NCBI GenBank assembly: GCA_005889075.1 | Contig: VBDQ01000021.1 | Coordinates: forward strand, 12,354-76,353 | Direction of reading: 5' to 3' | DNA length: 64,000 nucleotides | DNA from: Chloroflexota bacterium | Lineage (GTDB): Bacteria > Chloroflexota > Limnocylindria > P2-11E | Shown: positions 54,783 through 64,000 of the stretch, one piece after another | How the letters are laid out: the number at the start of each line of letters is the position of its first letter | Numbering within the stretch: the first letter of the stretch is position 1 | Program-made: the position numbers and the translations under genes | The notes under the pieces: model-generated | Databases searched by the model: none | Told to the model about the DNA's origin: nothing | The model's input: only the letters and a program-made list of their open reading frames with translations

Positions 54783-55909
54783 GCCGCGAGCGCTGGCGCG
54801 AGCGACGCGCGCGGTGGCAAGCGCACGGCGGTCGCCCGCCGTGGTGGCCCGAGAACGAGCCCTTTCCCCCCGAGGGCCGATGGGGCGGGCCGCCCTGGGG
54901 GCGCCGACGGTTCGTGGGACGCATCGTCGCGCTGTTCATGGTCGCGCTGATCCTCCTCGTCGCGGGCGCGACCTTCCTGTTTCTCCTCTTCGCAAGCGCG
55001 CTCGGCGCTCCCGACCTCGGAGGCACGGTCGCCCGGGCGGTCGCGCTCCTTCTGATCTTCGTCGCCATCGCGACGGTCGGCCGCTCGTTGCGGCGCCTCG
55101 CGGCGCCGGTCGCGGACGTCATCGATGCGGTCGGCAAAGTGGCGGACGGCGATCTCGCCGTGCGCGTGGAGGAGCGCGGTCCCCGTGAGACGCGTCACCT
55201 CGCCCGATCCTTCAACACGATGACCGAGCGGCTGCGAGCGAGCGAGGAGGAGCGCCGCCGCCTCCTCGCGGACGTGAGCCACGAGCTTCGCACGCCGCTA
55301 TCGGTCGTGCAGGGCGAGCTCGAAGCGCTGCTCGACGGCGTGCATCCGGCCGACGAGACGCATCTCCGCGCGATCCTGGACGAGACCGCGGTGCTCGCTC
55401 GCCTCATCGAGGATCTGCGCACGCTGTCGGTCGCCGAGGCCGGAGCGCTCGCGCTCCACCGCGAGCCGACGGACCTCGGAGCGCTCGCGCGCGACGTCGC
55501 CGCATCGTTCGGGCCGCAAGCACAGACCGTCGGCGTGTCGGTGGAGACGAGTGCGGCCCCCGGGCTCCCCGAAGCCGACGTGGATCCCGTCCGCGTCCGA
55601 GAGATCCTCACCAATCTGATCTCGAATGCGCTTCGCTACTCGCCGCGTGGCGGCCGGGTAGGGGTGGATGTGGCCGCCGATGGAGCAGGAGCGGTCGCGG
55701 TCGCGGTGTCAGACGTTGGGCCAGGCATCACGCCTGAGATGCTCGGGCGGATCTTCGACCGCTTCTACAAATCACCAGAATCGCGCGGTGCCGGCCTGGG
55801 CCTTGCGATCGCGAAGAATCTCACCGAGGCACACGGCGGCACGATCGCAGCTACGAGCGAGGTAGGTCGTGGGACCACTATCCGCTTCACGCTGCCGGTC
55901 GAGCGTTAG
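54779..55909 (+). CDS. Sensor histidine kinase (2 TM, HAMP, HisKA, HATPase_c)
   Basis: H-box VSHELRTPL, N-box LISNALRYS, G-boxes DVGPGI and GAGLGLAI. The start overlaps the regulator stop (ATGA). Confidence 0.9.
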   Translation: MSRERWRERRARWQAHGGRPPWWPENEPFPPEGRWGGPPWGRRRFVGRIVALFMVALILLVAGATFLFLLFASALGAPDLGGTVARAVALLLIFVAIATVGRSLRRLAAPVADVIDAVGKVADGDLAVRVEERGPRETRHLARSFNTMTERLRASEEERRRLLADVSHELRTPLSVVQGELEALLDGVHPADETHLRAILDETAVLARLIEDLRTLSVAEAGALALHREPTDLGALARDVAASFGPQAQTVGVSVETSAAPGLPEADVDPVRVREILTNLISNALRYSPRGGRVGVDVAADGAGAVAVAVSDVGPGITPEMLGRIFDRFYKSPESRGAGLGLAIAKNLTEAHGGTIAATSEVGRGTTIRFTLPVER

Positions 55910-57414
55910 GGCGCGGTCTTCGCCTCCTCACCATCCATCTGGGCGCGTTGCAGCTTCCCCGAGTAGTCGATGTAGATCGACTTCCACTCGGAGTACACGT
56001 CGAGCGCGGCGCGCCCGGCCTCGCGGTGGCCGTTGCCGGTGGATTTCATACCACCGAAGGGAAGCTGTATCTCGGCGCCAATGGTCCCCGCGTTCACGTA
56101 GACGATCCCCGTCTCCGCGTCGCGCATGAAGCGAAACGCGTTGTTCACGTTGCGCGTGTAGATCGAGCACGAGAGACCGTACTTCGTCGAGTTCAGGACC
56201 TTGATCGCCTCGTCGATCCCGCTCACCTCGATCACCGCCGTCACGGGGCCGAAGATCTCCTCCTGCGCGACGCGCATGTTCGGCTTCACGTCGACGAGCA
56301 CGGTCGGCTCGTGGAAGAAGCCCTTGGCGAGCGCACCCTCACGTGGGATGCGCCCTCCGGCCGCCACGGTCGCGCCCTCCTTCTCGGCGATCGGGATGAA
56401 CGAGTGGACCCGCTCGAGCTGCGAGGAGGAGACCACCGGACCAACGTCGGTCGACGCCTCGAGGCCGCTACCGAGCCGCAGCTTCTTGGCGCGCCCGACG
56501 AGCTTATCGATGAGCCCGTTCGCGACGGCGCGGTGCGCGATCACGCGCGACGCGGCGGTGCAGCGCTGCCCGGACGTGCCGAATGCGCTCCACACGATCC
56601 CGTCCAGCGACAGGTCGACATCGGCGTCGTCGAGCACCACGATCGCGTTCTTACCGCCGAGCTCGCACGAGACGCGCTTCAGCAGGCGACCGCCGATCTC
56701 GCTGATGTGCGATCCGGTGTCGGACGATCCCGTGAACGAAACGAGGTCGACCCCGGGGTGCGACACGAGATGATCGCCAAGCTCGCCGCCGGGCCCGAGC
56801 ACGAGGTTCAGGACACCCTTGGGTAGCCCCGCTTCGTCCAGGATCTCCACCAGACGCACCGCGAGCATCGGCGTGTACGACGCGGGCTTGAAGACCACGG
56901 TGTTGCCGAGGACGAGCGCCGGCATGATCTTCCAAGTCGGGATGGCGAGTGGGAAGTTCCATGGCGTGATCGCCGCGACGACGCCGACCGGGTTGCGCAT
57001 CGCCATCGCCCACTTGTTCGGGAGCTCCGCGGGAACGACGTCGCCGAACTGGCGGCGGCCCTCTCCGCCCATGTAGTAGGTCATGTCGATGCCCTCTTGC
57101 ACGTCGCCGCGGGCCTCGGGCAGGACCTTGCCCATTTCGCGGGTCATCTCGCGCGCAAGCTCGTCTTTACGCCGAAGCATGATCTCGCCCGCGCGATAGA
57201 GGATCTCGCCGCGCTTGGGAGCGGGGTAGAGGCGCCAGGACTCGAGCGCTCGCCGGGCGGCCTCGACCGCGCGGTCGACGTCGGCCGCGCCGGACTTTGC
57301 GACGTTCGCGATGAGCTCGCCGGTCGCTGGATCGATGTTCTCGAACGTCTCGCCCGTCGATGCCGCGACCCATCGTCCGTCGATGAAGTTCTTGAGCTCC
57401 TGCGTGCTGGCCAT
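55906..57414 (-). CDS. NAD(P)-dependent aldehyde dehydrogenase
   Basis: 502 aa: FTGSSDTGSHI, ELGGKNA, catalytic Cys region SGQRCTA, EEIFGPV. Confidence 0.9.
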   Translation of the reverse strand: MASTQELKNFIDGRWVAASTGETFENIDPATGELIANVAKSGAADVDRAVEAARRALESWRLYPAPKRGEILYRAGEIMLRRKDELAREMTREMGKVLPEARGDVQEGIDMTYYMGGEGRRQFGDVVPAELPNKWAMAMRNPVGVVAAITPWNFPLAIPTWKIMPALVLGNTVVFKPASYTPMLAVRLVEILDEAGLPKGVLNLVLGPGGELGDHLVSHPGVDLVSFTGSSDTGSHISEIGGRLLKRVSCELGGKNAIVVLDDADVDLSLDGIVWSAFGTSGQRCTAASRVIAHRAVANGLIDKLVGRAKKLRLGSGLEASTDVGPVVSSSQLERVHSFIPIAEKEGATVAAGGRIPREGALAKGFFHEPTVLVDVKPNMRVAQEEIFGPVTAVIEVSGIDEAIKVLNSTKYGLSCSIYTRNVNNAFRFMRDAETGIVYVNAGTIGAEIQLPFGGMKSTGNGHREAGRAALDVYSEWKSIYIDYSGKLQRAQMDGEEAKTAP

Positions 57415-57476
57415 CTCGCCTCCCCTTCACTCGCGATGGTACTGAGGCCTCGGGCAGCCTCTCCGCGGCTTCCGAG

Positions 57477-57599
57477 CTAGAAGCTCGCTCCGTAAAAGAG
57501 CCAGATCGTGAGCGCGCCCACGGCGATGATGCCGAGGAAGATCAAAAGGAACGCGATGTTCGCGGCGCGCTCGGGGTCGTTCTGCGTGAAGCGATCCAT
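57477..57599 (-). CDS. Possible 40-aa single-TM small protein upstream of the aldehyde dehydrogenase
   Basis: My translation: MDRFTQNDPERAANIAFLLIFLGIIAVGALTIWLFYGASF*. It has high third-position GC and is below the ORF-track length cutoff. Confidence 0.35.
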   Translation of the reverse strand: MDRFTQNDPERAANIAFLLIFLGIIAVGALTIWLFYGASF

Positions 57600-57691
57600 C
57601 CGACCGAGATTTTGGCAGACATCGCGAAAACATTCACGAATATGGAGGACCTGGATGCGCTTCGCTAATCAGCGATGGCGCGTCTTCTCCG

Positions 57692-58243
57692 TCATAGACC
57701 GCTTTCTCGACGGACGGCACTGGCCATGCGCACCAGCGCTGACTCAACCGCACGAGCTTCGCCGTCCTCGATGTATGCCGCGAAATGGCGTTTGACGTGG
57801 TCCAGGTGGATCGGTAGCGCCTGCCGGAACTTCTCTTCGCCGGCGTCCGTCAGCGCGATATGCAGACTCCGCCTGTCGCCCGGACGGGCGAGTCGCTGGA
57901 CCAACCCGGTCTCCACCATACGGTCGATGAGCCTCGTCAGCCCGCTCTTGCTGAACAGGAGGGCGCTGGCGAGTTGGGTCATCGTGAGGCGCTCGCCAGG
58001 CGCCATGCGCAGTTGGGCGAGTGCATCGAACCAGGTGAGCGGCAGCCCACACGCCGATTCGAGCTCCCGAGTAAGGATGGTCTCCAGCGCCTTGTGCGCC
58101 GTCAGGAATGCGCCCCAGGCGTTCAGCCGCGGGAGAGTTAGCAGCTTCCGACCGAGCTCCGCAACCTCCGCATCCTTGGGTTGCGGCCGCAGGGAGGCTT
58201 TGCTCGCCGACCGGGTCGCGGCTCTCCGGCTCACTGCATTCAC
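57692..58243 (-). CDS. MarR family transcriptional regulator
   Basis: LTMTQLASALLFSKSGLTRLIDRMVETGLVQRLARPGDRRSLHIALTDAGE. It is divergent from a yceI-like gene. Confidence 0.85.
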   Translation of the reverse strand: MNAVSRRAATRSASKASLRPQPKDAEVAELGRKLLTLPRLNAWGAFLTAHKALETILTRELESACGLPLTWFDALAQLRMAPGERLTMTQLASALLFSKSGLTRLIDRMVETGLVQRLARPGDRRSLHIALTDAGEEKFRQALPIHLDHVKRHFAAYIEDGEARAVESALVRMASAVRRESGL

Positions 58244-58372
58244 CGCTCAAACCTAAACCATTGTTTGTGCAGCGGACAGTTCATCAATCATCTTTACGCT
58301 TGACGATAGTACTGTTCGCAACTATTGTTAGGCGCACGGTTATTTAGCCGGGTCGCGGCTAGGAGGACAGAG

Positions 58373-58915
58373 ATGAGTTGGACCGTCGATCCGATGCACA
58401 CCCAGGTCGAGTTTTCCGCCAAGCACATGGGCCTCATGACGGTGAGGGGGCATTTCACCGATGTGGAGGTGTCGGTCGATCTCAACGACGACGACTTCAC
58501 CGCCTCGTCGGTAGAAGCAACGATCGACGCTCAAACGCTCGTCACCAACGACCAGCGCCGTGATGCGCACCTGAAGTCACCCGACTTCCTGAACGTCGAG
58601 CAGTTCCCGACGATCACTTTCAGGAGCACCCGCGTCGAGCGCGCGGCGCACGACCACTACAAGATGACGGGCGACCTGACCATTCGGAACGTGACGCGGC
58701 CCGTCACGCTGGACGTCGTCTATTCCGGTCAGGCAAGGGACCCGATGGGCGGCGTGCACGCGGGCTTCAGTGCTTCCACGGCCATCAACCGCAAGGATTG
58801 GGGACTGACCTGGAATGTCGCGCTCGAAACCGGCGGCCTGCTTGTGAGCGAGGAGGTGAAGCTCGCGCTCGAGGTCGAAGTGATCAAGGCCGCTGAAGCG
58901 GCCGCCGTCGCTTGA
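58373..58915 (+). CDS. YceI family protein
   Basis: MSWTVDPMHTQVEFSAKHMGLMTVRGHF...RDAHLKSPDFLNVEQFPTITF... ATG at 58373 follows TAGGAGGA. Confidence 0.85.
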   Translation: MSWTVDPMHTQVEFSAKHMGLMTVRGHFTDVEVSVDLNDDDFTASSVEATIDAQTLVTNDQRRDAHLKSPDFLNVEQFPTITFRSTRVERAAHDHYKMTGDLTIRNVTRPVTLDVVYSGQARDPMGGVHAGFSASTAINRKDWGLTWNVALETGGLLVSEEVKLALEVEVIKAAEAAAVA

Positions 58916-60048
58916 GCGGTCAAGTCTTGACGGCGACACGCACCGGTGGAGCCAAGAGGATTCGCGTCGGCATCATCGGGGCCAATCCGGATCGCGGATG
59001 GGCGGCGCAGGCGCACATTCCTGCGCTCCGGTCCCTGCCGGACGATTTCGAGATCACGGCGCTGTCGACGACGCGACGCGAATCTGCTGACGCAGCCGGC
59101 AAGCTCTTTGGCGTGCCTGCCGCGTTCGACAACCATCAAGAGCTCGTGAACAGCCCCACCGTGGACGTCGTCGCCGTGACCGTGAAGGTGCCCCATCACC
59201 TCGAGCTCGCGACCGCGGCGCTCGAAGCGGGTAAGGCCGTGTACTGCGAATGGCCGCTGGGTAACGGCCTGAGGGAGGCGGAGACCCTGGCCGCGCTGGC
59301 GAGGAAAAAGGGGGTCCTCGCGGTGGCCGGTCTGCAGGCACGCTCCGCGCCGGCCGTGGCGTACGTGCGGGACCTTGTCAAACAAGGCTATGTCGGTGAG
59401 GTGCTCTCGACCACGCTCGTCGGTTCGGGCATGGGTTGGGGACCGACAGTGGAACCGTTCAACGTATATCTGAACGACCAGAAGAACGGCGCGACGCTGC
59501 TCTCGGTCGCGCTCGGCCACGCGGCGGATGCCCTGTGTCACTGCCTCGGCGAGGTCCGAGAGCTCTCGGCCACCACGACGATGCGCCGAAAGTGCTTCAC
59601 GGTCGCGGGCACGGGCGAAAGCAAGCCGATGGCGGCGGATGATCAGGTGGCCGTCAGCGGACTGCTCGAGGGCGGGGCCGCATTTTCGATCCACTACCGC
59701 GGCGGGAGCTCGCGCGGCACCAACCTGCTCTGGGAGATCAACGGCACCGAAGGCGACCTGCAGCTCACCGCCGACGGCGGCCAGGCCCAGCTCTTCGAGA
59801 TGACCGTACGCGGCGGCAAGGGGGCGCAGCCGTCTCTCGAGATCCTGCCCGTGCCGGAGGAATATCGGTGGGCCCCGCCGCAACCGGGTCTTGGCACGAA
59901 CGTCGCCCAAGCGTGGGCGCGCTTCGCCTGCGACTATCGCGAGGGAACGCGCCTCTGCCCGACCTTTGAAGACGCGGTCACGCGCCATCGCATGCTGAAC
60001 GCGATCGAGACGGCAGCCGCGACGGGTGAGCGTCAAAGGCTCAGTTGA
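58912..60048 (+). CDS. Gfo/Idh/MocA family oxidoreductase
   Basis: N-terminal Rossmann motif IRVGIIGANPDRGWA, then KAVYCEWP. Confidence 0.85.
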   Translation: MSGQVLTATRTGGAKRIRVGIIGANPDRGWAAQAHIPALRSLPDDFEITALSTTRRESADAAGKLFGVPAAFDNHQELVNSPTVDVVAVTVKVPHHLELATAALEAGKAVYCEWPLGNGLREAETLAALARKKGVLAVAGLQARSAPAVAYVRDLVKQGYVGEVLSTTLVGSGMGWGPTVEPFNVYLNDQKNGATLLSVALGHAADALCHCLGEVRELSATTTMRRKCFTVAGTGESKPMAADDQVAVSGLLEGGAAFSIHYRGGSSRGTNLLWEINGTEGDLQLTADGGQAQLFEMTVRGGKGAQPSLEILPVPEEYRWAPPQPGLGTNVAQAWARFACDYREGTRLCPTFEDAVTRHRMLNAIETAAATGERQRLS

Positions 60049-61265
60049 TCTCGCGAATCGTCGCCGCGAAGAGTCCCGACCGCATCTTCACGCTCGGATT
60101 TGTCCTCGTCGGCCTCGCGACGCTCGCGCAAGCGTCCAGCCTGATGCTCGTGAACACCTCCATCGGGCTCCTCGTCGTTCGGGAATTCGGTCTGGGTCCC
60201 CAGGTCGTTGGCGCGGTCATCGGGATCCAGGCGACCTGCGCGCTCGTGTCCCGTTTCCCGGTCGGTTCCTGGAGCGACCGCTACGGCTCGCGGCTCTTCG
60301 CGTTCGGCGGTGCCGCGATGATGGTCGTCTCGTGCGTCGCGTTCGTCCTCTCTCTGTCGATCCGGGCCGCGATCCCAATCGGCGGTGGCGTGCCGATCCT
60401 TCTCGTGCTTGCGTCCATGCTCAGCGGCGTGGCGCTCAGCACGTTCTCCACCGCGGCGAGCACGTACATCGCGTACACGGTCCCGATCTCGCGGCGCGCG
60501 GAGGCCGTCGGCTACTACGGCGTCCTCCAAGGTCTCGCGCAGGGCTTCGGCGCTGGGGTCAGCATCGTCATCGTCGACGGCCTGGGCTTCGGCGCGCTCT
60601 ACGCGATCGCCGGGGTCGCGACGATCGTCGCCGCGCTCTTGTCGCTGGGCCTGTACGAGGGCAGCCGCCAGCAGGGCGCGACGCCGATGGCGGTCGAGTT
60701 TCGGCTCCACCGTGGCGTCGTCGCGCCCTCGCTCGCGCAGTACGCGGTGATTGTGGGCAACGGCGCCGCGTTCAGCTTCATCCCGCTGCTTGGCATCTCG
60801 CGCGGCGTCGCGAATCCCGGCCTCTACTTCACCGCCGTCGCGATCTCATCGATTGTCGCGCGCCTGCTCACCGGGAGGATCGCCGATCGGCGCGGCCGCT
60901 TCGCGGCGATCGTGCCGGGCATGATCGTGACCGCGGTCGGCATGTACGTCGTGTCAAGCGCCGCCAGCGCCGAGGCGTTCATCCTCGCCGGGGTGGCCGT
61001 GGGGATCGGCTTCGCGACCGCCCAGCCCGCGCTCCAGGCGCTCGCGATCGATCTCGCCGGACCGGCGGAGCGAGGAACCGCGATGGCGACGTTCTGGGCC
61101 TTCACCGACTTCGGCGTCATCACGGGCTCGTTCGTCTCGGGCCAGATCGCTTCGGTATCCGGGTTTGGCACCGTCTTCGTCGTCTCCGCCGTGATGCCGC
61201 TTGTCGGCGTCGCCGGACTCCTCGCCTGGCGGCAGCTGAGCCGACCGACGGCCATCGCCATTTGA
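60045..61265 (+). CDS. MFS transporter
   Basis: 406 aa with 12 hydrophobic spans and loop motifs GSWSDRYGSR / GRIADRRGR. Confidence 0.85.
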   Translation: MISRIVAAKSPDRIFTLGFVLVGLATLAQASSLMLVNTSIGLLVVREFGLGPQVVGAVIGIQATCALVSRFPVGSWSDRYGSRLFAFGGAAMMVVSCVAFVLSLSIRAAIPIGGGVPILLVLASMLSGVALSTFSTAASTYIAYTVPISRRAEAVGYYGVLQGLAQGFGAGVSIVIVDGLGFGALYAIAGVATIVAALLSLGLYEGSRQQGATPMAVEFRLHRGVVAPSLAQYAVIVGNGAAFSFIPLLGISRGVANPGLYFTAVAISSIVARLLTGRIADRRGRFAAIVPGMIVTAVGMYVVSSAASAEAFILAGVAVGIGFATAQPALQALAIDLAGPAERGTAMATFWAFTDFGVITGSFVSGQIASVSGFGTVFVVSAVMPLVGVAGLLAWRQLSRPTAIAI

Positions 61266-61479
61266 CCGCGAGCTAGACGCACCGTCGCCGAGTTATGGCG
61301 ACTCTCTCAAAAAGCGAGACCCGGATCCGCAACATCCCATCCGACCATCCTGCGTGTGCAGGATGCGCGGCGCAGTGGGTTGCGACGCCCACGTCTAGCC
61401 GCATGAATAGCGACCACGTCGTTCTTGATCCTGGGCGCCGGTGCCATAGCGGTAATCGCGAGGATCTATGCGGGTTCGG

Positions 61480-61552
61480 TGGAGCTGAGGGGGATCGAAC
61501 CCCTGACCTCATGAGTGCGATTCATGCGCTCTCCCAGCTGAGCTACAGCCCC
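61480..61552 (-). tRNA. tRNA-Ala (anticodon CGC)
   Basis: The reverse complement folds as GGGGCTG-TA-GCTC-AGCTGGGA-GAGC-G-CATGA-ATCGCAC-TCATG-AGGTC-AGGGG-TTCGATC-CCCCT-CAGCTCC-A. G3:U70 is present; the 3' end is followed by CC only. Confidence 0.9.
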
Positions 61553-61682
61553 ATAGGCGACGTCCGCAAATGTCCCAATAAGCGTACCCGACCACGCGAT
61601 GACATATCAGCTCGCACGCGATCCGGCTCGGGCGAGCTCCCGGTCCAGCGTGTTCGGCGGGCGGCGGGCGCGGGACGCGAAA

Positions 61683-62828
61683 CTAGTCGGCGAGGGGCAG
61701 GGCCAACGCGAAGACGCTGCCTGCGTCCGAGCTGTTGTCGAGCCAAAGGCGCCCGCCGTGCCGTTCGGTCAGCCGCCGGCTGACGTGAAGACCCAGGCCT
61801 GATCCCGGGATAGCTCGCGTCCGCGACGTCCGGTAGTACGGTGCGAAGAGTCGGTCGCACTCGTCCGCCGGAACGCCGACGCCGTGGTCCCTCACGCGGA
61901 CCTGCGCCTCGCGGCCGACGGTCGTCAGCGCGACTTCGATCGGCGTGCCTGGTGCGCTGTATTTCACCGCGTTGTTGAGCAGATTGTCGAGGATTTGCGC
62001 GATGCGCTCGGGGTCGGCTCGCACATGCGTCCAGTCGTCGGAATGATCGAACCTGAAGCGTGCCGTCTCTTCATACTCGTGCCGGCCGATGGCCTGGGTG
62101 ACCGCGTCGCGCAGATCGAAGGTGACGACCTCGAGGCTCAGCCCATTCGTCTTGAGCCGTAGATAGTCCTGCACCCCGGCGATCAGCCGCGTCATCCGCT
62201 CGATCTGCCCAAAGGCGAGCTCCATGGCGGCGCGCCCACGCACCGGGTCCTTGAGCATGAGTTTGCGCGCGAGCTGCATCTGTCCGCTGATCGTGGCGAG
62301 CGGGGTCTTGAGCTCGTGGACCGCGGCGGTGAAGAAATCGATCCTCGCCCACTCGGCCGCGGATGGTCCGCTCGGGTCCGGGAAAACGACGATCGCGTCC
62401 GAGCTGGCGGGCGGCGGCGCTTGGACCGCGCCCTTGAGCGTCGCGAGGAACTCCTCGACCACGAAAGGCTTCGAAACGACGCCCACGAAACCGGCCTCCC
62501 GGCTGCGCGCGGAGATGCCCGCTCGTTCCTCCGCGAGCGCGTCCGCGTCGGCAGTGAACATGAGAACCGGCAGCGTGGGGTGGGCTCGCCGGATCGCGGC
62601 GGCATCCTGCCAGGACCGCGAGCGACCGGTGCGGCCCACCTCGCCGTCGAGGATCACGCACCTTGGGTCGAATCGATCGATCGCCCCGGCGATCTGATCG
62701 TGATTGGCGATGGTGACCGAGCGGTACCCGGCGTCGGCGAGGAGCGTCGCCACGAGCTTGCTGAGGACCACATCGTCCTCCACGAGCAGCACTGGCGTCG
62801 CCGCGAGATCGATGCTTTGTATGGCCAT
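61683..62828 (-). CDS. Hybrid receiver-histidine kinase (N-terminal REC, HisKA, HATPase_c; no TM)
   Basis: MAIQSIDLAATPVLLVEDD...CVILDGEV...VSKPF, then H-box AVHELKTPL, N-box LLNNAVKYS and G-box GSGLGLHV. ATG at 62828; the track start at 63170 is an extension. Confidence 0.85.
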   Translation of the reverse strand: MAIQSIDLAATPVLLVEDDVVLSKLVATLLADAGYRSVTIANHDQIAGAIDRFDPRCVILDGEVGRTGRSRSWQDAAAIRRAHPTLPVLMFTADADALAEERAGISARSREAGFVGVVSKPFVVEEFLATLKGAVQAPPPASSDAIVVFPDPSGPSAAEWARIDFFTAAVHELKTPLATISGQMQLARKLMLKDPVRGRAAMELAFGQIERMTRLIAGVQDYLRLKTNGLSLEVVTFDLRDAVTQAIGRHEYEETARFRFDHSDDWTHVRADPERIAQILDNLLNNAVKYSAPGTPIEVALTTVGREAQVRVRDHGVGVPADECDRLFAPYYRTSRTRAIPGSGLGLHVSRRLTERHGGRLWLDNSSDAGSVFALALPLAD

Positions 62829-62939
62829 CCACTTCCTTTTGGTTGGGGAGCGTCTAAAGGCGGCCTCCCGGGGCGATAGTGCTGGGCAACCAAGCGGGCC
62901 ACATGACGAATTCGTCATGCATGACGGATGACGGATTGT

Positions 62940-63530
62940 GCACTGCCTGCGCACCAAACCTGCCCCACAGGCGTGCCGAGTTTCCGCCGAGGCATCGGCG
63001 GCTCGCCCATGGACAGTTGGCCAGTGTTCGATGCTGTGCGCCCAGGCGCGGGACCTCGGTAGACAAACGCGACGGTTGGACGATCCAGAGAAGCCCGGCG
63101 AGATCCTTGCTCCACGCGGCAGACGCCGCTCGCCTGCAGAGCGCCCATCCTTCTTGGACGAACGCCACACCGCAGCCGCCCAGGTTCCATCCGGTGATCA
63201 TGCCCCGAGACGCAGTCGAGTTCGCCTTTCGCGCCCGCGATCTCGGGAACGATGTCGTCAGCCCGGCGGTCGATCGTGGGAGCGAGTCCGATCCGGTCGC
63301 CGCCGTAAAAGATCTGGAGGCTAATGAGAAGAAGCCTCGTGGCGGAGGATTCGGGGAACTGAAGATGGCGCTGCCGAAAATGCCACGAAGCGCCGCCTGG
63401 TCGCCGCGATCGAAGGCGTCAAAGCCCAGTACTAGGTTGGCGACCTTTGCGGGCGACGATCCTCTCGGCTGCGAGCACGCACTCGCCCGCAACCACCAGG
63501 ACGCAGACCAGGCGTACGGCTATGCCGTTA
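62940..63530 (-). pseudogene. Decayed gene of unknown family (at least three frame changes)
   Basis: Coding-like segments with high third-position GC lie in three different minus frames: ...VRLVCVLVVAGECVLAAERIVARK / VANLVLGFDAFDRGDQAALRGIFGSAIF / FPESSATRLLLISLQIFYGGDRIGLAPTIDRRADDIVPEIAGAKGELDCVSGHD / ITGWNLGGCGVAFVQEGWAL... Confidence 0.4.
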
Positions 63531-63611
63531 CTGGCATCGTGACGATTTCGTCATGCGCTGTCTGCCAGGCGACGACCGGCGAGAAGCGCTGATGCGAAGA
63601 CCCACGGAGGT

Positions 63612-63907
63612 CTACCCCGAAGCGGGCGCCGTCCCCGGCTGAAGCTGGTCGAAGATGGAAGCCGCCTCTTCGATGATCGAGCCGGACACATCTTTGGACA
63701 TCGCGTATCGCACCACATTGCCCTTGGGTTAGCGATGATCGCGTCAGTCTCGCGCAGCACACGGAGACGCTGACTCGTCGCGGAGCGGCTACGGCCGATG
63801 ACGTGGGCCAGTTCGCTGGCCGCGAGCGTGGTGTCGCGGAGCGCATGCATGATCTTGATGCGCGTCGGGTCGCAGAACGCATCCATTAGCGCGCATCCGC
63901 TTTTCAT
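63612..63907 (-). pseudogene. ArsR/SmtB-family regulator with an apparent 1-nt frameshift
   Basis: MKSGCALMDAFCDPTRIKIMHALRDTTLAASELAHVIGRSRSATSQRLRVLRETDAIIANP stays in frame up to the run taaCCCaagg (about 63727). The family-typical continuation KGNVVRYAMSKDVSGSIIEEAASIFDQLQPGTAPASG* is in the adjacent frame. Confidence 0.6.
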
Positions 63908-64000
63908 TGCGTGGCGTCAGCATCTGATGCTCGGCCGTCATCACGGCGACCGGATCGATCGGTCTGGGAATCTCGGTTGGCATGAGCCGTCCTAACTTTC

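Noticed and set aside
58729-60036. 435-aa minus-strand ORF
   Set aside because: It is antisense to the yceI and Gfo/Idh/MocA genes and has no domain signal.
60026-61276. 416-aa plus-strand ORF
   Set aside because: It is an alternative frame of the MFS transporter at 60045..61265 and has an Arg/Pro/Gly-rich composition.
61346-61365. Perfect hairpin CATCCTGC-GTGT-GCAGGATG downstream of the MFS gene as a terminator
   Set aside because: No U-tract follows it on either strand, so support for an intrinsic terminator is insufficient.
61273-61783. ORFs of 79 aa (minus) and 162 aa (plus) around tRNA-Ala(CGC)
   Set aside because: They overlap the tRNA gene and the 3' end of the hybrid kinase gene, and they lack coding-like third-position bias.

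Overview
This is a visibly high-GC (judged by eye, not computed) bacterial chromosome segment around the replication origin, and it is almost entirely housekeeping genes. On the minus strand: recF-dnaN-(DnaA-box cluster)-dnaA, a start/stop-overlapping chain parA-parB-gyrB-thioesterase-gyrA, ftsE-ftsX-M23 peptidase, smpB, tal-pyrG, and Ku with a stand-alone DNA ligase. On the plus strand: rpmH-rnpA-yidD-yidC-jag, tmRNA, a marR-MFS-ABC efflux block, mreD-mrdA-rodA, tRNA-Ala, a T-box leader with leuS, comEA-comEC-holA, ligD, an OmpR/HK two-component pair, and several transporters and oxidoreductases. I found no CRISPR array, transposase, integrase, prophage or recognisable defence island, so most of the window is ordinary core genome. 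Six things deserve a second look. (1) gyrA carries a 157-codon mini-intein upstream of the catalytic Tyr, and just after it about 50 conserved codons are missing and the frame changes. (2) A low-GC, structured region of about 300 nt lies upstream of smpB, with a 14-nt perfect Shine-Dalgarno, short ORFs and an intrinsic terminator only about 18 nt before the smpB start. (3) A PP2C-like protein lacking the catalytic motifs, with a TM segment and a beta-propeller, is translationally coupled to a rhomboid protease; its N-terminus looks like a DUF721 remnant. (4) The leuS T-box leader has a very short stem I and no assignable Leu specifier. (5) A G-rich 21-nt tandem repeat lies between mrdA and rodA. 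(6) Decaying genes at the right end are bracketed by TGACGA-N2-TCGTCA palindromes. All calls rest on reading the sequence and the ORF-track translations; no database searches were run.
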